A stretch of DNA of 63,535 bases, filler included, from Vannella sp. (GCA_023345925.1; 6 parts of 6 records of this genome joined end to end with filler, not necessarily neighbours in it), one strand, 5' to 3'. Shown: positions 22,087-33,175, counted from the whole stretch's first letter. Made by a program: numbers and translations. The notes: generated from the letters alone by a model not told the origin.

Positions 22087-22680
22087 TCACATGAGGATGC
22101 ATCCTCTCGTGTGGGTGTCTGGTGGTGAAGGGAGAACAAGAGTAGCAATGGCAGCTTCCTGCAAAATAGTTTGAAGACCCTTTTGAGAGAGAGCGGAGCA
22201 TTCAAGATACTTGACTGCTTTGATCTCTTCGGCTAGCTCTTGAGCTTGATGGCGCCGCACAGGAGTTTGCTTCCTTTCAGCAAGGCGCTCTATGGTGGTT
22301 CTATCCTCAATCAGATCAGCTTTCATTCCCACCAAGAGGAAAGGGACGCCAGGGCAATGGCGAGTGATCTCCGGGTACCATTTGGTTTTAACTGCTTGGA
22401 AAGAACTGGGATCGACAAGGGAGAAGCACACTAGGAACACATCCGTATGAGGATAGTAGGAGGGACGAAGCGTGTCGTAATCCTCCTGCCCAGCAGTGTC
22501 CCACATCTCCAACCTGAACTCCCGCTCCCCAAGACCACTTTCCACCGCCACAGTGGCGGAGGAGTGTTCCGAAACGGTTGGAATGTAGTCTCCAGGGAAA
22601 GAGCCCTGTGAAGCAGAGAAAATCAAGCAAGTCTTTCCCACGCCCCCATCACCCACAAAGACTGACTTGATCCCTTTCAT
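22087..22680 (-). CDS. Rac/Rho-family small GTPase (tandem paralog)
   Basis: VGDGGVGKT, YIPTV, WDTAGQEDYDTLRP, YLECSALSQKGL and CAAX box CILM. Confidence 0.95.
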   Translation of the reverse strand: MKGIKSVFVGDGGVGKTCLIFSASQGSFPGDYIPTVSEHSSATVAVESGLGEREFRLEMWDTAGQEDYDTLRPSYYPHTDVFLVCFSLVDPSSFQAVKTKWYPEITRHCPGVPFLLVGMKADLIEDRTTIERLAERKQTPVRRHQAQELAEEIKAVKYLECSALSQKGLQTILQEAAIATLVLPSPPDTHTRGCILM

Positions 22681-22713
22681 GATGGAATAAAATGGATGAT
22701 TATCAGAAGGCCG

Positions 22714-24321
22714 TTATGCAACGAGCTGCAGGATCCCCCCACCGAGATAGAGAGAACCAGTCGCCAAGACAGAGCATTCAAGTGTTTGCTGAGATGCCAG
22801 AAGTTTGACCTTATCCAGGGCTTCAGGGATGGAGCTGGTTTAACAGTCAATGCAAACTGATACGCTAACGGTAGAAAGAGGAACTCACTTGCATACAAAA
22901 GTGGAAGCGTCCGGAAAGCTCTTCAACCATTCTCTTTGCATTGATTGTTGGAGTTCAGGAGATTGTCGTTCAGGACATGTCCATTGGCCAGTCTCGAAGT
23001 TAGTGAAGATGCAATGGTCAAAGGGAGTGAGTTGCGCTATTTCCCGCAAGAAGTCCCCATACTCTCGATTATGGCTGGTATTGAACAAGAGGATAGAGAG
23101 AGACGAAGCTGCCCGGCTTGACAAGTACCATTGCACGCATGCACGGATGCTCTTCAGGGTGTGAGCACCATCCGTATACATTTGGATGGAGACAGAAGGA
23201 TTGGGATGAGGCAGTGCGAATATGTGAGATCTCCCTGGCCAAAAGGTCTTTTCTAACGAGTATTTGACTTGTTCATCGAATGGAATGTCCTTCAAAAGAG
23301 GTTTCTTCTCCACCTGTTGGGTAAATAACTCACTTATTCGGATAGCCATGGCTGCGTTAGACTTTTGATGTTCTCCAGGAATGCCAAGAGTGACGGAGCA
23401 GCCAGATGGGAAGTATTGAGTGTCTTCTACCACATCAAGAGGCGCCTCATTCTTCAATGCAGCCTCCTGAATGACACTCAGGACATCTAGCTCTTGCCAA
23501 GCAGTTGTCACTGCCGGTATATTCCTCTAGAAATGATTCAGTCGGTGATTCCCCACCAAAGAGGGGTCCAAACCTTGATAATTCCCGCTTTTTGGTCGGC
23601 AATCTCGGGAAGCGTGTTCCCAAGAGTAGCCATGTGATCATAGTCAATCAGAGTGATGGCACACACTTTAGGACGAATGAAATTGGTGACATCTCCCCTT
23701 CCACCCACTCCAGTCTCGATGATTGCCACGTCAACTTGCTCCTTGGAGAAGTGGGAGAGCCCCATCAGCAGTAGGATCTGAAAGAAGTGAAGATCGTGGT
23801 TGTTCTCATCTGCAGAGCGGAGCAAATGGTTGTGGCACGTCCAAAAGGCGCTCGTAAACACCTCCTCAGAGATCGGCGCCCCGTTGATGCGGATCCGCTC
23901 GCAAGGGCTGACCATATGAGGGGATGTAAAGAGGCCTGTCTTGTATCCTTGATCTCGCAAGATGCGCTCTGTGTACGCCGCTGTCGAGCCTTTCCCCTTC
24001 GTTCCAGCGATGTGAATCATATTGAGAGCGTCCGCGTCGATGTTCTAGCCACAACCATGTCAATAAGCGCCACTAGGTCAAGTGGCTACGGTAGCCTACC
24101 ATCTCCTCGCACTGGCGACGAATCAACGTCTGATAAAAGGAAGGAGAAAGGGTTCGACTTCCCCTGCAACCAAACAAGGTCCGGGTGGCTCCCTCATAGT
24201 CTTCCGCCCTCTCCTCTACACTAGAAACACTCATGCCTCGTCTCCACAACCCTCCAAAGCCTTGAAATGACTGACAAGCAACACCAAGTTGCCCTCCCGC
24301 CCTCAAGAAGGGCCTCGCCAT
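22714..24321 (-). CDS. FPGS: Folylpolyglutamate synthase, mitochondrial-type presequence
   Basis: IHIAGTKGKGST, GLFTSPH, IIETGVGGRGDVTN, WPGR, DGAHT and last exon LATGSLYLGGGIL*. At least three introns. Confidence 0.93.
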
Positions 24322-24387
24322 GAAGTGGACCAAAGATGACGATTTTCATCATTTTCTGTCTTCCTGATGAGAGCTGGAGGGTTGGTG

Positions 24388-25302
24388 ATGCGCACGGTTG
24401 GACGCCAGGCTTTGGCTGTTGCTGGGTCTTCTGCAGTTGCTCCAAGGATGGGACGTGTGTTTGTGCCTGTGAGGTTTGGTGGACATGCAGCGGATCATCA
24501 TCATGTGGCCCCGTTGGAGCCGCTGAAGAAGGTGGCGACTTTCACGGTGGGCGAGGTAGAAGCGCTCATGCAGACTTTCAAGTCGTTTACGGCCTCTGCA
24601 TCATGCATGGTACCAAAGGATCAGTTTGGTAGCTTCTTACAGCCACTGGGTATCCAAGCAACCGAGCAAAACGTGAGATTAGGCTTCCTCGTCCTGCTCC
24701 TCGATCCTCACCCGTCCATGCAGGTAGAACAGTACTACAAGCGCTTTGGGAAGGAGGGGAACACTATCTGCCTGCGAGAGTTTGTCACTGCGGCTGCCTC
24801 TTGCGTCCCAGACGCTCAAGAGCGCATGGCGGAGATTCAGTTTGAAGCTGTACGTTGTCTTCTGAGCTCTCAACCTGCATTACTGACCCCAGACATGCAG
24901 TTTGATGCAAACAACGACGGGAAGCTGACAGAGGAGGAGTATTTGAAGCTCATCCCTGTGGCCAACCCCACCAAGCTTGCTGAGGGTCAAATGCGAAGTG
25001 CAGGAAAGGAACTCTTCCATCTGTTGGACTCACAGAACAAGGGTGAGTCCGCCTAGTGCCCTTTCGCGACAGCAGGGGACTGATGAAGGCGGAAAGGCGA
25101 GATCACCTTGAACGAGTTCAAGAGAGGGCTGTACATGGCCCAAGCTCAGTTTGGATCGAGTCAACGAACCAAGAGGCATCTTAGCACACCTCGAGCTTCA
25201 GCCAAGACGCCACTCATCCGCTGGGCGCGCTGGGGCTTCTGGGATTACTTCTACGTGGGCACTGCTGGTCTCATCGTCCTCACTCCCTTCTACGGGTGGT
25301 AA
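24388..25302 (+). CDS. EF-hand (calcineurin-B/NCS-like) protein with mitochondrial-type presequence and C-terminal transmembrane segment
   Basis: Presequence MRTVGRQALAV...VRF followed by GGH. EF loops DANNDGKLTEEE and DSQNKGEITLNE. Introns at 24673-24723, 24850-24900 and about 25043-25097. Tail WGFWDYFYVGTAGLIVLTPFYGW*. Confidence 0.75.
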
Positions 25303-25553
25303 TCGTTATCCTCTATAGCCCAGGGACCTTCTCCACTCAAAGACAATCCAAACACATTCCTTTCCACACAACTGGACTCACTGAAGCTTTATCAACTCCA
25401 ATAGGCCTCCACAAAGATGCACCAACGGAGAAGTACGACTTCGTGAGGCCTGCTCAAGGCGGAGAAAGGGGACCACTCGGAATGGCACTCGAGTGTATTG
25501 AGTTGCTCTGGTCGTCCACTTGGGTTGGCAAGTTGGGAGCCTTCTGGTCATAT

Positions 25554-26084
25554 CTATAGAATCCAGCGTTGTAGAATCAAGAGAGAGTACTGGGAGCCAA
25601 CAAGCACCCGAGCACCGAAAGGAGTGTTCTCGTTGTTGACGTCGGTCAAGGAGTACGCAGTGATGGACGGAAGGGACTCAAAGACCAATGGGTGCACCAA
25701 ATGAGCAAAAGCAATGACTCGTTCTCGTTGCTCTGCAAAGAGCGCAGCGCCATCCTCTTGGTAGTGGGTTTGGTCGAGGAAAAGGGTCTGGAACCACGTC
25801 AAGAAGCCCTCTGTGGTGACCAGACTGTCAGCATCTTGAGCTTTCCAGTATTCTGAGGTCTGATGACGCTCCAAAGTCCAGCAAAGGTTCTCAAACCGAT
25901 CCTCTTGGTCTCGATACACGGAACACACGAACGAGTAGAGCGCTTCGTAAGGAGCGTCCGTTAACAGGGACTGTGGAGTTTTGAAGACTCGAAGATCGCC
26001 CACGAAATTGGGGCCATACGCCTCCTCTCCTTGCTCCTTCTCGACCTCCACAAGCTTCGCAACCAAGCCCTCGATCTGGTCCAT
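25554..26084 (-). CDS. Hypothetical protein (probably has a further 3' exon toward about 25390)
   Basis: 176-aa ATG ORF with protein-like composition, divergent from the BBOX gene. No family recognised. Confidence 0.55.
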   Translation of the reverse strand: MDQIEGLVAKLVEVEKEQGEEAYGPNFVGDLRVFKTPQSLLTDAPYEALYSFVCSVYRDQEDRFENLCWTLERHQTSEYWKAQDADSLVTTEGFLTWFQTLFLDQTHYQEDGAALFAEQRERVIAFAHLVHPLVFESLPSITAYSLTDVNNENTPFGARVLVGSQYSLLILQRWIL

Positions 26085-26181
26085 CTGAACAAATGGGAAG
26101 AAGGGAAATTATTCTGAATCAAATTTAAATGCGAAGGCAATTATCAAATAGAAATTTCTGAGAGGTTATGTTGGAGAAGGA

Positions 26182-27516
26182 ATGTGGAGGAGAAGTGCCT
26201 TCCGTGTCCCCTCTTTGATGGGGATGAGGCTCAGTAGAGGTCTGAAGATTGGCGCTGTACAGAAGGGCGAAGGTGTTGTTCAAGTGCAGTGGCTGGACCA
26301 GGAGAGGGGACGAAGCCGCTTTCACTCGGCCTGGTTGAGAGATAATTGTCGCTGTGCTGTTTGTGTCGACCCTGCCAGCGGACAGAAGTTGCTCTCACGA
26401 AAAGAACTTCTACATGTCTTACCTTCTCAAGTGTGAGTGCCTTTGAGAGCTTTTGTTCAACGGAGCGCTTATGCGAGGGAGAAGGACAGCTCAAGGTGAT
26501 GGTTCTCGCTTGGATGTCCTCTGGAATGATGGACACACTTCTTCATACCCTTCTGAGTGGCTAGAAAAGACCTGCCTCTCCTCTAGTGCCCGCCAGGGTC
26601 GCCGGGAGCAACAGCAGCCTCTTCTTTGGACTGCAGAGACTCTTCCTTCCATCCCAGAGCTCCGATATGAGGACGTCTTAACCAGAGACGATGCTCTCAA
26701 GCAATGGCTGAGTCACTTGCAGAACGAAGGAGTCTGCCTCCTCACTGAAGCAGGAAAGGACGAGGAAGCAGTCGTACGGGCTGTCAAAAGAGTAGGTCCC
26801 ATTAGAGAGACTATCTACGGGAGAACATGGCGGGTCGAAACAGTGCCAGGAGCAGAGAACATTGCCTACACCAATGTCCCACTGGAACTGCACTCGGATA
26901 TCTTGTACTACGAGACTCCCCCTGGAGTACAGCTTCTCCATTGCATCCACCAAGCACAATCAGGGGCTCAGAACTTCTTCGCGGATGCATTCCAAGTGAG
27001 GAGTCGGTCCCAATCCAAAAGAGTATTTCTCACTTGAGGGATCAGATGGCAGAGGACTTTAAGAAGGACCACACCAGCTTCTTCCAGACACTATGTAGAG
27101 TTCCAATCACTTATGAGAAGCAACATAGGGACGTTTTCCGCCGTTATCGTCGCCCTTTGTTCCAAGTGGATGAAGATGGCCATCTGGCGGGAGTTTACTT
27201 CTCTCCCCAGTTTGAAGGTACATTAGACACGGAAGAAGCGCTTGTGAGACCTTTCTATGAGGCTTATGTACAATGGCATTCACACATTCGACAAAGTCAC
27301 TATCTGAAAGAGATTAAGCTGGCAGAAGGCCAAGTTATCACTTTCAACAACCGCCGCATTCTTCATGGCCGACAAGGGTTCTCATCTACTGAGAGAAGGC
27401 TTCTTATTGGAACCTATTTTGATCTGGATGAGCTCAGCAATCGCCTACGGGTCCTCCAACGAGAAAAGGGGGACTCCGACAATCTCTTAAAGAGGATAGG
27501 CAATCACAGCCACTAG
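26182..27516 (+). CDS. BBOX1: Gamma-butyrobetaine dioxygenase/TMLD-family Fe(II)/2OG dioxygenase
   Basis: WLRDNCRCAVC Zn motif, WNDGHTSSY, NIAYT..LELHSD, and FNNRRILHGR. Two introns. Confidence 0.88.
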
Positions 27517-27578
27517 CAGGCTTTACAGTGACACATACAACATCGATATCTCACTCAGCTAAGGAGAAAAGGAAGGGT

Positions 27579-28982
27579 TTAGCAGCATTGTCGGTGGTGC
27601 TGACGCACAAGAGGAGCTGGAGGGATGAATTCAGAACCTGGCAAGGAAGAGAATAGAAGAGCTTCGACAGTTGCACCCGGCTGCAGTGTGTCAGAGGAGC
27701 GGGGAAGCTCCAGAAGGGCATTGGCAGAGCGCATAGAAAGCAACCGACTGCTCGCTTGGGCTCCAGTGGATTGGGCCAAAAGTCCATTACTGTGACGATC
27801 CCACCAAACCGTCGCCCTATGATATTCCGGTCGCTGAGGATCCAACCGAATGGAATGAGTGAGTCGAACTTGGACTCGGGGATGCTCAGCTTCCAGTCTC
27901 CCACAAAGAACCCGAATACTCGGCAGAACGAAGAGTATTGTCGTGACATAACTGCTTACTGGGTTACCAGGAGTGGCAAAGATAAGCTTTTGCTTGCCCT
28001 GATGCGTTATTGTGGCAAACATTAAAGGTTTGCCTGGTTTCATCATGACCCGACCCACATGGATGGTCCCAAAGGTTATCAGCCATCTGGCAACATTAGA
28101 AGGCACTTAGCCACACACTTGAAGAGCTTACTGCTTAACAAGATCCACTTCGCCCATCGAGACACCTCCAGAAGTGATCAGAATGTCCACTTGACTCAGA
28201 GACTGACTTAGACACTCCCTTAATGAGTCCGCATCATCCTTTGCAATGCCCAAATCAACGATTTGGACTGTGCTTTCGAATCCCTGTAAGAGTCCTCTCA
28301 ATAGAGGACGGTTTGCATCGAAGATTTGACCGGATTGGAGTGAGACACCGGGACTGGGGTCGATGACTTCATCTCCAGTGGAGAGAACTCCGACACGAGG
28401 GATTGGATAGACGCGTACAATAGTGATACCGCAAGAAGAAAGCAATCCTAACTCAGCAGGACCTACAGTCTCGCCTTGTCGCATCACTACTTGATCTTGT
28501 TGAAGGTCGGAGCCGACTTGCCGGACATCGGCACCTTCTTGGAGTTGTTTCAGCCCTCGGATGAGGACTTTGATCTCTCCCTTATCATCCGAGCTCTCTA
28601 AGAGACGCGTGTCTTCCACCATCACTACAGCATTGCACGAGGCAGGGACTGGAGCGCCCGTCATGATCTTGTAGACCCCATCGGGGCGAATTGTGGGCTC
28701 CAGACCCTCTGCACTCTGTCCGGCAAGGATCGTACCCACTACGTGATACTCTCTCTCATCCTCTGCTCCCTCTGTGGCCAGTGAGAGGGCGTATCCGTCC
28801 TTCATGGACGCGCGGAAGGCGGGAAGGTCGCAGGGCGCTCTCACGTCAGCTGCCAATACCCTCCCTAACGCCACAGCAAGGCTGACTTCTTCTTGTGTCA
28901 AAACGAACGCTTTGGAGTGCTCTAGAACGACAGAGAGCGCTTCTGATACCTCCATCATGGGAAAGGGGCTGCTCCTCTCCAT
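27579..28982 (-). CDS. moeA: Molybdopterin molybdenumtransferase (gephyrin/Cnx1 E-domain only, MoeA)
   Basis: SPFPM, PAFRASMKDGYA, IMTGAPVP, STGDE, ITSGGVSMGEVDLVK, MKPGKP, PGNPVS, RPEYHR and QASSRLLSM. One intron near 28088-28131. Confidence 0.93.
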
Positions 28983-29048
28983 CAGACCGCAAAGAAATGG
29001 CTTGAGGATGCCAATAGCACGATATGAGTGTTATTCACAATGTTGCGT

Positions 29049-29089
29049 CTCCCCTGGCGCTTCAAGGACGTCCTGAAGGGCCAGGGGAG
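29049..29089. repeat. GC-rich hairpin flanked by 16-bp direct repeats (29000-29015 and 29107-29122)
   Basis: Outer stem CTCCCCTGGC/GCCAGGGGAG, inner CTTCA/TGAAG and palindrome GGACGTCC. Repeats GCTTGAGGATGCCAAT and GCTTGAGGGTGCCAAT match at 15/16. Confidence 0.85.
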
Positions 29090-29101
29090 CTTGAAGAGGG
29101 T

Positions 29102-29416
29102 CTACTGCTTGAGGGTGCCAATTAAGTACTTCTGGAGGATCTCATCCGCATCTGAAGAGTGTCCGACATCTTCATAGGATTCAGATGCATCCGTTCCTAC
29201 CCAAAAGAAGCCTAGTTAGCCTTCCAAGCTCGAAAACTCGATGACGCCCGACTTGTTTCACTCACCCGCTTCATCCTCCAGCAGCTCAGGCCCACCAGGG
29301 TGACTCTTACTGAACGCAGTTACATCATACACCTTTCCCTTCACTACAAGCCAAAGATCCTTCTTCGAAGCGTGCTTGGCAACCTCAGAAAGCGAGTACT
29401 CCGGCAACGCGCTCAT
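29102..29416 (-). CDS. Small soluble cytochrome b5 (81 aa, no tail anchor); missed by the ORF track
   Basis: MSALPEYSLSEVAKHASKKDLWLVVKGKVYDVTAFSKSHPGGPELLEDEAGTDASESYEDVGHSSDADEILQKYLIGTLKQ* after removing intron 29197-29265. Both heme His (HPGG, GHS) are present. Confidence 0.93.
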
Positions 29417-29660
29417 CCCCTGTCCACCAAAAAGTGGTCACCAGTCGCCACCTTCATGCTCCGCATAGCTGACCCTTCAGAGAACCAGATACGCCCCCCA
29501 ACACGAAGGAACGAGTGAACCCGACTTTCAGCAGGTGCGAAGGAGCGGATTCCGGTTGATTTATGATATGTTACCTTGCTAGAAAAGGGTAGGGTGGTGT
29601 TGTGGTGAGGGGAAAGCCAACGGATGAGCATTTCCTGCTTTCGCGAAGGAGCGGGCGCGG

Positions 29661-31882
29661 ATGGCCTTTGATAGCTTCAATGCGGACGAGCTGATGGCTT
29701 CGTTGGAGGCTAGCTCAACGCTGGGTTACACGGTGGAGTCGCGGACGATCCTCCACCCGGATATGATGATGGACGATGGAATGGGTTTGGACGACCTTCT
29801 CTCTCAAGTGGAGACGCCGGGAGGCCCTACACGCACAATGCCTGAACTGGATACATCTGTTCCTTCACAGATCCCTCGGAAGCTCTCCAGGTACGCGCTT
29901 CTCCCTCTCTTCTTCGAGGAGCTCCCTCAGTGCGGCGGTCGCACTCACCTTTCGGGGAACTCCTCGTTCTTACAGGACGGTGAGTAAAACAGGACGACCC
30001 GAGGAGATCTTTGGCACCATCAAGAAGAAGAATGCGAAGGGAGGGACGACTATCCAAGTAGACAAATACGTACGAAGCTCCCCTGGCCTCTACCCGCTCC
30101 CTGTACGTGTGGCTGACCTCTATTGGATAGCAACTTGGTGCGAAGTTGGGTAAAGGAGCCTTTGGAGCCGTCTACAAGGGCCTGGACATGAAGTCTGGAC
30201 AGTTTGTAGCCATCAAGCGGATTGGGAAGGACCGAGTAGACGGAGACCAGATGATGGTGAGCTCTTCTCTCCATGTTGTCGAACGGAGTCACTAAGCATC
30301 ACTCTCTCTCGCTTTACGCAGGTTGAGATCAACTTCCTCAAGAACTTTGCCCACAAGAACATTGTTCAGTACATTGGCTTGGTCGAAACCGAACGCCATA
30401 TCAACCTGGTCTTAGAGTATGCTTCGTGTGTGACATTGGATCTTGTGGATTGACTGGGGGCGTGGCAGGTTCATCGATAGTGGTTCGCTGGCTCAAGTTC
30501 TGGCTGGTTATGGCTTCTTCCCCGAGTCTCTGGCTGCCATTTACATCAGTCAAGTGCTTGAAGGCCTCATCTATCTCCATAGCCAAAGAGTGATACACAG
30601 GGACATCAAGGGAGGGAACCTCCTCATAACTCGAGAGGGATCCATCAAACTTGCCGACTTTGGCATCGCTACGGTCGTTTCCACAGTCCAAAGACACTCC
30701 ATGGTCGAAGGCTCACCTTATTGGAGTAGGAGAACTCTTCTTCAAGCGTTTCTGGAGCTAACAGGCATCATTTAGTGGCTCCTGAAGTCATTACAGGCTC
30801 CCACGCTCCCACCACAGCATCTGACATTTGGAGCATCGGATGCACACTAATTGAGCTCCTCACAGGAGTGCCGCCGTACTTTGATATGGTCGCAATGTCC
30901 GCCATCTTCAAGATGGTGAACGAGCCTTGCCCTCCATTACCCGACGATATCTCAGAGAACGCGGAGGACTTCCTTCGGCAGTGTTTCATTCAAGACCCTG
31001 AGAAAAGGCCTTCTGCAGAGCAGCTACGGGGACATCCTTGGCTATTAGAATACGTTCAACCGCTGGCGGATTCTCCAAAAGAGGAGTCTCTGCCAGACCT
31101 TGAGACTGTGCGGAGCACTGTGCAGAAGTTTACTCTGAGTAAGGAAGCAGGGGCACAGATGGCAAAAGAACTCTCTCGCATGAATGACGAAGAGAATAAG
31201 CCAATCTTTGACCAAAGTGATGAAGAGTCGGACGAAAGTCCGAGATCTCTCGGTCTCTCGGGCTCTGACCCGGCTGTATTTGCTATTAAGAAGCCAGAAA
31301 AGTCTTCCAAGTCACATCGGCGCAAGCCCTCAGAGAGTGATTCTGGGAGTATGTCCAATCGAAAGAGGAAAAGCACTTTGACCGGCAAAATTCGAGGGAA
31401 GAAGAAGAAAGACGAGGAAGCCTGCTCTATAGTACCCTCCACTGATAGTGCATTGATGGTGGTTAACATCTATGGAGTAGAGACTCGACGAAGTATCTTT
31501 ACTTACACTGTAAAAAGCTCCTGTTCCTCAGAAAGCCGTTGCTCACCCCCAAACAGGTATTCAAGATCAAAGTAATGCAAGATGCTCGTGTATGGGATAT
31601 CGAACGCACCTGGAGTGATTTTAAAGAGATGCACACAAAGGTAAACTTCCTCCCTCTCCCCCATGCCCCCAAACACTTCTTAATCCACTCCAGTTGGAGC
31701 TCCACTTTGGACCAAATAGCAACAACTTACCAACCATCTCTGCACGTCGATTTTGGGGTGCTCTGGACTCGGACTTTGTCCGAAAGCGATGGACGGAATT
31801 GCAACATTATCTGCAGGAACTTATGAGCATTGAAGACGTCCGGAAAGGCGAGATTTTCATCAATTTCCTCACCGCCAAGTGA
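29661..31882 (+). CDS. STE-group kinase (Cdc15/Cdc7/MAP3K-epsilon-like) with C-terminal PX domain
   Basis: LGKGAFGAVYKG, VAIKRI, HRDIKGGN, KLADFG and GSPYWMAPE. PX-like FKIKV..WDIERTWSDFKEMH..LP..FVRKRWTELQHYLQEL. About 7 introns. Confidence 0.85.
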
Positions 31883-31970
31883 CTCTCTTGCGCCCTCCTC
31901 CTTGTATAACAATCAAAGTCTCTTACTCTCATCATCAGATGGCTTTTCCATCATTTCTTGGGAGGGTTGG

Positions 31971-33175
31971 ATGGGTGACTTGGCTTCTGGGGGCTGGTTG
32001 AGGCGCTTGGTGGCTTTTGACACGGTCAGTTGCCATTCTAACTTGGGACTCATTCAGGAGTGTCAAGGGGAGTTAGAGAAGCTGGGGTTTACATGCCAGC
32101 GCTTCTATAATGAGGAGAAGACCAAGTGCAACCTGCTGGCTTCGATTGGACCTCTGGATGTCCCTGGTGTGATGCTCTCAGGCCACACTGATGTCGTACC
32201 AGTGACGGGGCAGTCTTGGAGCACCAACCCCTTTGAGGTCGTGGAGAAGGAAGGCCTCTTGTACGGCAGAGGAACATGCGACATGAAAGGTTTCGTGGCT
32301 GTTTGCTTGTCCTTTGCGCCTCGATTCGCAGCTGTAGACTTGAAGAAACCGGTGTTCTTTGCTCTCTCTTATGATGAAGAAGTGGGCTGCATTGGAGTAC
32401 ACAGCATGACCGAGTTTGTCAGTCAGATGGCCATCAAGCCCTTGCTTTGCTTTGTAGGAGAGCCTACAGGCATGGAAGTCGTACGCAAGCACAAAGGAAA
32501 GCAAAGTATCAAGTGTACAGTACGAGGACATGAGTGTCACAGCAGTTTGGTCCACCAAGGTGTCAACGCGGTCGAGTTTGCTGCGGAATTGATCTGCAAG
32601 ATGCGTGTAAGCTTATTCTCACATACCAGAGAGATCCTTTACTTATGTTAGCACAGTCTATGAAGAATCAGCGACAACATAGTGGTCCTTTTGAGGAAAA
32701 CTTCGAACCACCCCACACGACGATCCACTGTGGGACAGTTGAGGGTGGTACAGCAGGCAACATTGTACCTAAGCATTGCACCGTTGAGTCTGAATGGAGA
32801 TTCATCCCTTCGGAGAATCCTGACGACCTCATGAACGAGTTAAAGCAGAAGTCACAGGAACTCGAAGAGGAGATGCAGTCTGTCATCCCCGGGACTGGCA
32901 TTGACATTGAAGTGATTGCCAGCGGACCTGGGTTAGACACCTCAGAGGACTCTCAGGTGGTCGTCCTGGCTCAGAAGTTCTCAGGAAGTCTTGCAACTCA
33001 CAAAGTCAGTTATATGACTGAAGCTGGCCATTTCTGTGCCGCAGGAGTTCCAACAGTCGTCATTGGTCCTGGCTCGATCGAACAGGCACACAAGCCAAAC
33101 GAATTTGTCTCTGTGGAGCAGATGCAAAGGTGCGAGAAGTTTATGGAAGAAGTCCTTCACTTCGTTCAACAATGA
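31971..33175 (+). CDS. argE: Acetylornithine deacetylase (M20 family)
   Basis: LSGHTDVVPV, YGRGTCDMKGF, SYDEEVGCIG, VGEPT, HSSL, TEAG and GPGSIEQAHKPNE. One intron near 32606-32656. Confidence 0.93.

Noticed and set aside
22677..22898. ORF overlapping the Rac start (ATGA)
   Set aside because: Wrong frame. The real FPGS last exon ends at 22714.
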